In this document: positions 57,335-64,000 of the stretch, piece by piece
Position numbering within the stretch: position 1 is the first letter of the stretch
Layout of the letters: every line of letters begins with the position of its first letter
Virus record (IMG/VR): IMGVR_UViG_3300025645_000048
Location: 25,306-89,305 of that record
DNA length: 64,000 nt
Strand: one strand, 5' to 3'
From: a virus
Position numbers and translations under genes: made by a program
Notes under the pieces: generated by a model
Seen by the model: the letters and a program-made list of their open reading frames with translations, nothing else
What the model was told of the DNA's origin: nothing
Database searches by the model: none

Positions 57335-57991
57335 ATGAAATCAACTGAAATGTTAAACCAAATCAAGACGCTTCTAAATATTGAAGTGAAACTTGAAGAA
57401 CAAAAACTTGAGAACGGTACTCGTGTTGAAGCAGAATCGTTTGAAAAAGGTAAAGAGATATTCATTCTTACAGATGACGAAAAAGTTGCTATGCCAGTAG
57501 GGGAATACCTACTTGAAGATGGTAGACTAATCGTAGTTGCAGAAGAAGGAATTATCGATGACGTTAGAGAAGTATCTGACGAAGTACCACAAAAGGAAGA
57601 AGAATCTAAAGATGAAACTGAAGATTTAAAAGAAAAAGAAGAAGAAATGGAAGAAGAAGCTGACGTAGAAGACTGGGCTGGTATGGAAAAAAGAATTAAA
57701 AATCTTGAAGATGCCATTGCTGACCTTAAATCTAAAGTAGGCGAAAGCAATATGGAAGAAGAAGAAGTTGAAATGGAAGAAGAAGTTAATAGACAACCTA
57801 AATCCAGAACAATTAAAGAAGAATTTAACGAAGAAGTTAACGAGCAAGTAAAGGAAGAATTATCACAACCTGCTGCTGCTCCAATCAAGCATAATCCAGA
57901 AGCTGGAAATGCAAAAAAAGAAAATTTTAGAATCGCACCAAACAGAAAGCCTTCTACAATGGACTATATATTAAATCAATTAAATAAATAA
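57335..57991 (+). CDS. Capsid scaffolding protein
   Basis: Very acidic; immediately upstream of capsid gene. Confidence 0.75.
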   Translation: MKSTEMLNQIKTLLNIEVKLEEQKLENGTRVEAESFEKGKEIFILTDDEKVAMPVGEYLLEDGRLIVVAEEGIIDDVREVSDEVPQKEEESKDETEDLKEKEEEMEEEADVEDWAGMEKRIKNLEDAIADLKSKVGESNMEEEEVEMEEEVNRQPKSRTIKEEFNEEVNEQVKEELSQPAAAPIKHNPEAGNAKKENFRIAPNRKPSTMDYILNQLNK

Positions 57992-58003
57992 AAATAAAAA
58001 ATT

Positions 58004-58972
58004 ATGCCACAACCAACTATTACTACTACTTATGCTGGAGAATTTGCAGGTAAGTACATCGCTGCTGCTCTTTTGAGTGGTAACACATTAAGTCAGGGTG
58101 CTATCGAAATTAAGCCAAACATCAAGTTTAAAGAAGTTATGAAAAAAGTTGTTACTTCTGGTTTAATTACTGATGACTCTTGTGACTTTACATCTGCTGG
58201 GTCTGTAACACTTACAGAAAGAATTATCCAGCCATCTGAATTTCAAGTTAACCTTGAATTATGTAAAACACCTTTTGAATCTGACTGGGGAGCTGTATCA
58301 ATGGGCTATTCTGCTTTTGATAACTTACCACCTGATTTTTCAAGTTTCTTAATTGCTCACGTTGCAGAACAAGTATCTGCTTCTACAGAAAACAATATCT
58401 GGCAAGGAAATCTTGGAGGCGCACAAGCTGGAGAATTTGACGGATTCACAACTTTAGCTACTGCTGATGCAGACGTAATTGACGTTGCTGCTGTTGGTGG
58501 AGGTGTAAATTCTGGTAACGTTATTGCTGAATTAGGTAAAATTGTTGACGCAATTCCATCTACATTATATGGTAAAGATGACTTACACATTTATGTTTCA
58601 CAAAACATCGCTAAAGCGTATGTAAGAGCATTAGGTGGATATGCTGCTATAACAAATGTTGCAGGAACTGAAAATGTAGGTTCTGTTGGAGCAAATGGTA
58701 TTGACAATAGAGGTACACTATGGTATGCAGGAGGAGAAAATCTTTCTATCGATGGTGTAAAAATCTTTGTTGCTAATGGTTTACCAAACAACTATGCAAT
58801 GGCTGCACAAAAATCTAACTTATTCTTTGGAACAGGCTTAATGTCTGACTACAACCTTGTTAAGCTAATTGATATGGCTGACATTGACGGAAGTAAAAAC
58901 GTAAGAGTAATTATGAGATTTACTGCTGGAGTACAGTACGGAATAGGTTCTGAAATAGTTCTTTATTCTTAA
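58004..58972 (+). CDS. Major capsid protein
   Basis: 322 aa after protease/scaffold; strong codon bias; followed by terminator. Confidence 0.8.
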   Translation: MPQPTITTTYAGEFAGKYIAAALLSGNTLSQGAIEIKPNIKFKEVMKKVVTSGLITDDSCDFTSAGSVTLTERIIQPSEFQVNLELCKTPFESDWGAVSMGYSAFDNLPPDFSSFLIAHVAEQVSASTENNIWQGNLGGAQAGEFDGFTTLATADADVIDVAAVGGGVNSGNVIAELGKIVDAIPSTLYGKDDLHIYVSQNIAKAYVRALGGYAAITNVAGTENVGSVGANGIDNRGTLWYAGGENLSIDGVKIFVANGLPNNYAMAAQKSNLFFGTGLMSDYNLVKLIDMADIDGSKNVRVIMRFTAGVQYGIGSEIVLYS

Positions 58973-58994
58973 TAAATTAAATTAACCAAAAATT

Positions 58995-59029
58995 AGGGTA
59001 GGTGGGGATAACCTACTTACCCTTTTTTT
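58995..59029 (+). terminator. Intrinsic terminator
   Basis: AGGGTAGGTGGG-gataa-CCTACTTACCCT plus T run. Confidence 0.8.
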
Positions 59030-59048
59030 ATAAAATAAAATATAAACT

Positions 59049-59576
59049 ATGGCTTGTACATTAAACACAGGGAGAAAGTTACCTTGTAAAAGTGCCTTCG
59101 GTGGCATAAAAACAGTTTGGTTTGGTGATTTTGGAGGTATTACAGGAGTTACAGTAGATTCATCTACAAAACAAGTAACAACTATTTCAGGAACACAACC
59201 AGATTGGTATCAATTCGATGTAAAAGGAAATTCTTCACTTGAAACTACTGTAACAAGTTCAAGAGAAAATGGAACTACTTTTTATACTCAAACATTAAAT
59301 TTAACATTAACATACCTTGATGCTCAAACTCAAGCTGAATTGCAAGACATAGCTGTTGCAAGACCTTATGTAGTTGTTGAAGATTATTACGGAAATCAAT
59401 TCTTATGTGGGCTTGAGAATGGAATGGAGTTTGTTTCAGGAACTGTAGTTTCTGGTGCTGCTGCAGGAGATTTATCAGGATTCACTTTAGTAATGGAAGG
59501 ACAAGAAGAATTAGCTCCTTACTTTTTAGATTCAGGATTAATTGTTGGTGATGCTACTCAAATCACACCAAACTAA
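59049..59576 (+). CDS. Major tail tube protein
   Basis: MAC....G...C....GGIK, ENGT.FY.Q, G....D.SG.TL; followed by terminator. Confidence 0.7.
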   Translation: MACTLNTGRKLPCKSAFGGIKTVWFGDFGGITGVTVDSSTKQVTTISGTQPDWYQFDVKGNSSLETTVTSSRENGTTFYTQTLNLTLTYLDAQTQAELQDIAVARPYVVVEDYYGNQFLCGLENGMEFVSGTVVSGAAAGDLSGFTLVMEGQEELAPYFLDSGLIVGDATQITPN

Positions 59577-59595
59577 TATTTATTGATATTAAATT

Positions 59596-59624
59596 AAGAG
59601 CATCCTTTGGGGTGCTTTTTTTTT
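59596..59624 (+). terminator. Intrinsic terminator
   Basis: AAGAGCATC...GGTGCTTTT plus T run. Confidence 0.75.
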
Positions 59625-59671
59625 GCTCTTATGTTTTCACAAAATAACTTATTTATTACGTTATATATAAA

Positions 59672-60100
59672 ATGATTGTATTAAAGACCATAGCTACTGC
59701 TCAAAACTTTAAAGTAATACCAAGAGTTTACGCTGATGAATTTACTTTATCTATAAGAGACGATAGTACAAACGTAAAACAAATATATGAAGTTACAGGA
59801 GCTATAACATCTGGAAATTATTTAACATTTTCACAAGCTTTTAGTCCTATACTTGTTGAAGGTCATTTTTACGATTTAGAATTATATACAGACCCAAATT
59901 TTTGGAATACTAATTATTTTCTTTGGGAATTATATAATGAATTTTGGAATGTAGATACAACAAACATTGTAGATATATATAAAGACAAGATTTTCTGTAC
60001 TGACCAAGAAATAGATCAAATGGATAATTTATACTATAACATAAATCAAGGTCAATACATTACAGATAATTCTTATAATAATGATTACATTGTAATATGA
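59672..60100 (+). CDS. Structural protein (head closure-like)
   Basis: After late promoter; coupled to portal. Confidence 0.55.
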   Translation: MIVLKTIATAQNFKVIPRVYADEFTLSIRDDSTNVKQIYEVTGAITSGNYLTFSQAFSPILVEGHFYDLELYTDPNFWNTNYFLWELYNEFWNVDTTNIVDIYKDKIFCTDQEIDQMDNLYYNINQGQYITDNSYNNDYIVI

Positions 60101-62136
60101 AAAATAGAAAAAGAAATAGTTTAGGTCAATTTGTAAAAGAATCTAAATCTGAAATTAGTTTTGTTAATTTAAGTACATATACAAGTCCAGACATTGTAGA
60201 AGTACCTAATCAAGAATGGGTAGGATATGGAGACGATAACAACTATTTTCAATTTTTAATTGACAGATACAATGGAAGTCCAACAAACAATGCTTGTATA
60301 AATGGTATATCACAACAAATTTATGGTAAAGGTTTAGGAGCTACAGATTCAAGTAGAAAACCAGATCAATACGCTGAAATGATTACACTTCTAAAAAAAG
60401 ATGTAGTTAGAAAAATATGTTATGACTTAAAACTTATGGGTCAAGCATCTTTACAAATTATATATTCTAAAGACAGAACAAGAATTGCACAAATAGAACA
60501 TATACCAGTTGAAACATTAAGAGCTGAAAAAGCAAACGAAGATGGCGATATTCCTGCTTACTATTATTTTAAAGACTGGGCTAAATTAAAACCAAGTGAC
60601 AAACCATTAAGAATACCAGCTTATGGAATGTCAAAAGAAAACATAGAAATATATTACATAAAGCCATACAAGTCTGGGTTTTACTATTACGCACCTGTAG
60701 ATTATCAAGGAGGCATACAATATGCAGAACTTGAGGAGGAGATAAGTAATTATCACTTAAACAACATAATGAATGGTTTAAGTCCTTCAATGTTAATCAA
60801 CTTTAACAACGGAACACCTAATCCACAAGAAAGAGAACTAATTGAGCAACGTATAGCACAAAAGTTTTCAGGTAGTTCTAATGCAGGTAAATTTATATTA
60901 AGTTTTAATGACAATAAAGATGCACAAGCAGAAATAACACCAGTTCAGTTATCAGATGCACATAACCAATACCAATTCTTATCAGACGAATCACAAAGCA
61001 AAGTATTAGTAGCTCATAGGGTAGTAAGTCCAATGCTATTAGGAATAAAAGACAATACAGGGCTTGGAAACAATGCAGATGAAATAAAGACTGCATCCTT
61101 GCTTATGGATAACACCGTTATAAGACCGTTTCAGGAACTTTTAATAGATTGCTTTGATACTATACTATCTTACAATAATATTGCTTTAAACCTATACTTT
61201 ATTACGTTACAGCCATTAGAATTTACAGATGTTGACAGAAGCGTACAAAGTGATGAAGATATAGAAGAAGAAACAGGAGTTAAAATGTCTGTTGAATTAA
61301 AAGAAGTAGATGGATATGAGGTTTACGAAACTAAAGAAGAAGCAGAAAGACAAGCTGAAAAAATGGGATGTTCTGGTCATCACGAACACAAAGAGGGAGA
61401 TAAGGTTTGGTATATGCCTTGTGAATCACACGATGAAATAGATTTAAAAAAACCTTGTCAAGCTGGATATGAGCAATATGGAATGAAAGTAAAAGGAGGA
61501 CGTTTAGTTCCTAATTGTATTCCTATTAAAATGTCAAGTGAACTTGGAGAAGTTATATTAGAAAACTTAAAAGGAGAAGTTATTAATGACGAATGGGAAC
61601 TTGTCGATGAATTACAAGAAGGTTCTGAAATTAGTGACGAAGATTGGGCTAACATTTGTATTGATGAAAAAAAGAGTTTATTTCAACAACTAAAAGACGA
61701 AATTACTGCAAAACCAGATGGCTTTAGTTATTTAGATTCTAAAAACTATAAGATTAGATATAAATATGCTGTAGGTTCTAAAAAACCAAGTAATTCAACA
61801 AGAGATTTTTGTGAAAATATGATGCGTTTATCAAGATCAGGTATTGTCTATAGATTAGAGGATATTGACAAAGCGTCAAGACAAGGTGTAAATAAACAAT
61901 TAGGTCATAAAGGTAAAGCGTATGACTTGTTTAAATTTAAAGGTGGAATTTATTGTAGACATAAATGGATGAGACAATTATATAGGTTAAAGAAAAACAC
62001 TAAACCTTCAAAGGATTTAAGCGACTATAAAAAAACAAGAACGATACCAAAAACATATATAAAGAATCCAAGAGGTACTAAACAATCAGAAATAGCACCT
62101 GTTAATATGCCTAATCAAGGAGCATACCCAAAATAG
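60097..62136 (+). CDS. Portal protein with long C-terminal extension
   Basis: G.DN.Y, SPT..A.I, G.G, NG..PS, G..NAG, AHRV.SP.L.G, IRPFQ; extension ends KGG.YCRH.W. Confidence 0.85.
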   Translation: MKNRKRNSLGQFVKESKSEISFVNLSTYTSPDIVEVPNQEWVGYGDDNNYFQFLIDRYNGSPTNNACINGISQQIYGKGLGATDSSRKPDQYAEMITLLKKDVVRKICYDLKLMGQASLQIIYSKDRTRIAQIEHIPVETLRAEKANEDGDIPAYYYFKDWAKLKPSDKPLRIPAYGMSKENIEIYYIKPYKSGFYYYAPVDYQGGIQYAELEEEISNYHLNNIMNGLSPSMLINFNNGTPNPQERELIEQRIAQKFSGSSNAGKFILSFNDNKDAQAEITPVQLSDAHNQYQFLSDESQSKVLVAHRVVSPMLLGIKDNTGLGNNADEIKTASLLMDNTVIRPFQELLIDCFDTILSYNNIALNLYFITLQPLEFTDVDRSVQSDEDIEEETGVKMSVELKEVDGYEVYETKEEAERQAEKMGCSGHHEHKEGDKVWYMPCESHDEIDLKKPCQAGYEQYGMKVKGGRLVPNCIPIKMSSELGEVILENLKGEVINDEWELVDELQEGSEISDEDWANICIDEKKSLFQQLKDEITAKPDGFSYLDSKNYKIRYKYAVGSKKPSNSTRDFCENMMRLSRSGIVYRLEDIDKASRQGVNKQLGHKGKAYDLFKFKGGIYCRHKWMRQLYRLKKNTKPSKDLSDYKKTRTIPKTYIKNPRGTKQSEIAPVNMPNQGAYPK

Positions 62137-62142
62137 AAAACT

Positions 62143-62655
62143 ATGGCAACAGCATTATTTATAAATAGAACCGACCTTGTTAGAAATTCCATAATAGATG
62201 GAAATGTAGATACTGATAAATTTATACAGTTTATCAAGATAGCACAAGAAATAGATATACAAAACTATACAGGAACTGACTTATACAATAAAATATCTAC
62301 ATTAATAGCTAATGGAGAAATTGATGACGTAGCTAATGCTAAATATAAAACATTACTAAACACCTATTTACAACCAATGTTAATATGGGCAGCTCAAGTA
62401 TATTATATTCCTTTTGCAAGTTATGCTATAAAAAATGGGGGTGTATTTAAACATAGATCAGAAACAAGCGAAACAGTAAGCAAAAACGAAGTAGATTATT
62501 TAGTAGATAAGGCTCGTGAATTTATGGAATATTATTCAAGACGTTTTATTGATTTTATGTCATTTAATCAGTCAGATTATCCTGAATACACAAGTAATAC
62601 AAATGATGACATATATCCTGACTATGACGCTTTATTTAATGGGTGGGTATTATGA
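62143..62655 (+). CDS. Head-tail adaptor-like protein
   Basis: GNVD.DK, AQ...Q...GT.LY, YPEY; follows portal. Confidence 0.65.
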   Translation: MATALFINRTDLVRNSIIDGNVDTDKFIQFIKIAQEIDIQNYTGTDLYNKISTLIANGEIDDVANAKYKTLLNTYLQPMLIWAAQVYYIPFASYAIKNGGVFKHRSETSETVSKNEVDYLVDKAREFMEYYSRRFIDFMSFNQSDYPEYTSNTNDDIYPDYDALFNGWVL

Positions 62656-62727
62656 GATATAAACCAAAACAAAAAAATATAGAAAAACTAAAAACGTTTT
62701 TAAAGAAACAAGAAAAAAATAAAAAAT

Positions 62728-64000
62728 ATGGCAAGTCTATTTAACACAAGAATATCAGATACTTATTCAGGGCTAATCAAAACTATTGATAATGCTGCCT
62801 TAACTTCAAGTTTAAAAGAGCTAACAGACGGTTCTGGTTTAGCAAGTGGCGTATTTATGAATACTGCAGGAGACTTTAAAGTTACTGCAATACTTGAATT
62901 TGGTTCTTTAAAAGATACAGGAGAAAACATTACAATAAGCAAATTTGTAGATGCTGCTGATGGCATTGGAAACAACGACAACGATACTACAATACCAACG
63001 ACTGCTGCAATTATAGATTATGTAGCTGCACAAATTACAATAGAAGATTTAGATTTTACAGGCGATACAGGTTCTGGTCAAATAGATTTAGATTCACAAA
63101 TATTTGCAATAGGTGGAACAACTAACGAAATTACAACAGTAGCTTCTGGTCAATCAATAACATTTTCTTTAGATTCAACAGGTGTTTATTTACCTGACAA
63201 TTCAACTGCTATCACACAAACAGCAGGAGATAATTCAACAAAAATAGCTACAACATCTTATGTAGATACTTTAGATGCTGCATCTGATTTAGATTTTAGT
63301 GGAGATAGTGGAACTGGCGATGTTAATTTAAACACACAAACATTCGCAATAACAGGTACTGCAAATCAAATAGAATCTTCTGCTTCTGGTCAAGGTTTAA
63401 GTTTACAATTCCCAAGTGCAGGTGTTACATTACCAAATGGTTCTGTAGCTACAACACAAAGTGCAGGAGACAATAGTACAAAGGTAGCAACTACTTCTTA
63501 CGTTGATACACTTGATGCAGCTTCTGATTTAGATATAACAGATGGAACAAATACAGGAGATGTAAACCTAAATACTCAATCGTTAAGTATTTTAGGAACA
63601 GCAAATGAAATAGATAGCGTTGTAAGTGGTCAAAGCGTAACTTTAGGGCTGCCTAATCAAATTAATGTAAACGTACAAGGTAACCTAACAGGAAACGTTA
63701 CAGGAGACGTTACAGGCGATTTAACAGGTAATTCAGCAGGTACTCATACAGGAGCAGTTGTAGGAAATGTAACAGGAAATGTTACTGGAAATGTAACAGG
63801 AAACCTAACAGGAAATGCAGATACAGCTACAAAATGGCAAACTGCAAGAGATTTATCATTAACAGGTCAAGCAACAGGTACAATATCAAGTGTTGATGGT
63901 TCAGGAAATGTAAGTGGTGCTGTAACGTTAGATAATAATTCAGTAACGGGCAAAGTATTAACAGGATTAACTTCTCCTTGCTTCAAGTGTTTTAGCAACA
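62728..64000 (+). CDS. Tail fibre protein, 3'-truncated (not in ORF track)
   Basis: Open from ATG 62728 to window end; DNSTK.ATT.YV, three 80-aa repeats, GNVT repeats, GNADTAT. Confidence 0.88.
   Translation, partial: MASLFNTRISDTYSGLIKTIDNAALTSSLKELTDGSGLASGVFMNTAGDFKVTAILEFGSLKDTGENITISKFVDAADGIGNNDNDTTIPTTAAIIDYVAAQITIEDLDFTGDTGSGQIDLDSQIFAIGGTTNEITTVASGQSITFSLDSTGVYLPDNSTAITQTAGDNSTKIATTSYVDTLDAASDLDFSGDSGTGDVNLNTQTFAITGTANQIESSASGQGLSLQFPSAGVTLPNGSVATTQSAGDNSTKVATTSYVDTLDAASDLDITDGTNTGDVNLNTQSLSILGTANEIDSVVSGQSVTLGLPNQINVNVQGNLTGNVTGDVTGDLTGNSAGTHTGAVVGNVTGNVTGNVTGNLTGNADTATKWQTARDLSLTGQATGTISSVDGSGNVSGAVTLDNNSVTGKVLTGLTSPCFKCFSN
63046..63817 (+). repeat. Three 240-bp coding repeats (starts 63046, 63286, 63526) then G(N/D)(V/L)T tetrapeptide repeats
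   Basis: DLD recurs at exact 80-codon spacing. Confidence 0.85.

Larger units (their letters stand above)
34900..64000 (+). mobile_element. Phage segment B (near-complete siphovirus); left boundary approximate
   Basis: Genes all on + strand: terminase, portal, protease, capsid, tail tube, tape measure, plus a second SSAP/SSB/lysis set. Confidence 0.8.

Noticed and set aside
1-64000. CRISPR array, DGR, retron, integrase, tRNA or rRNA
   Set aside because: No regularly spaced repeat-spacer array, no reverse transcriptase or recombinase motifs and no cloverleaf seen by eye; tRNAscan/Infernal not run
1-64000. Alternative genetic code (stop-codon reassignment)
   Set aside because: Long genes are intact in the standard code; gaps are filled by small ORFs with normal starts
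63975-64000. Apparent frameshift at the end of the last fibre gene (SPCFKCFSN vs ASSVLAT in the shifted frame)
   Set aside because: No slippery site; more likely a small indel or sequence error, and cannot be judged at the window edge

Overview
All 64 kb is AT-rich phage DNA. The host is most likely Bacteroidota (Flavobacteriia-like): TAnnTTTG promoters, A-rich leaders without Shine-Dalgarno, and a BT4734/VirE-N primase. The window reads as two different phage genomes joined inside a tail-fibre gene at about 34.4-35.9 kb. Segment A (1 to ~35 kb) has a 2992-aa polyvalent/ejection-type protein, a minus-strand replication/early arm (SNF2-type helicase, two C5 methylases, primase-helicase, RecE-like nuclease, SSAP, SSB), groEL-groES, an array of basic microproteins, a lysis cassette and tail fibres. 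Segment B (~35-64 kb) is a near-complete siphovirus with a second, homologous lysis cassette, NinG, SSAP, SSB, AAA ATPase, sigma factor, 5'-3' exonuclease, terminase, tail genes, tape measure, protease, scaffold, capsid, tail tube, portal and tail fibre. Structure not shown by the ORF track includes a 50-aa gene overprinted inside the giant gene, a 21-bp repeat-bounded in-frame module in that gene, and an alternative-frame ORF inside the C5 methylase. There is also a -1 frameshift in the tail chaperone, a duplicated origin-like TGTC element, junction repeats between early genes, a five-copy late-promoter motif, and a TM-coiled-coil plus secreted thioredoxin-fold gene pair conserved in both lysis cassettes. 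No rRNA, tRNA, CRISPR array, integrase, reverse transcriptase or DNA polymerase was seen. All family assignments are from motif recognition by eye; no searches were run.
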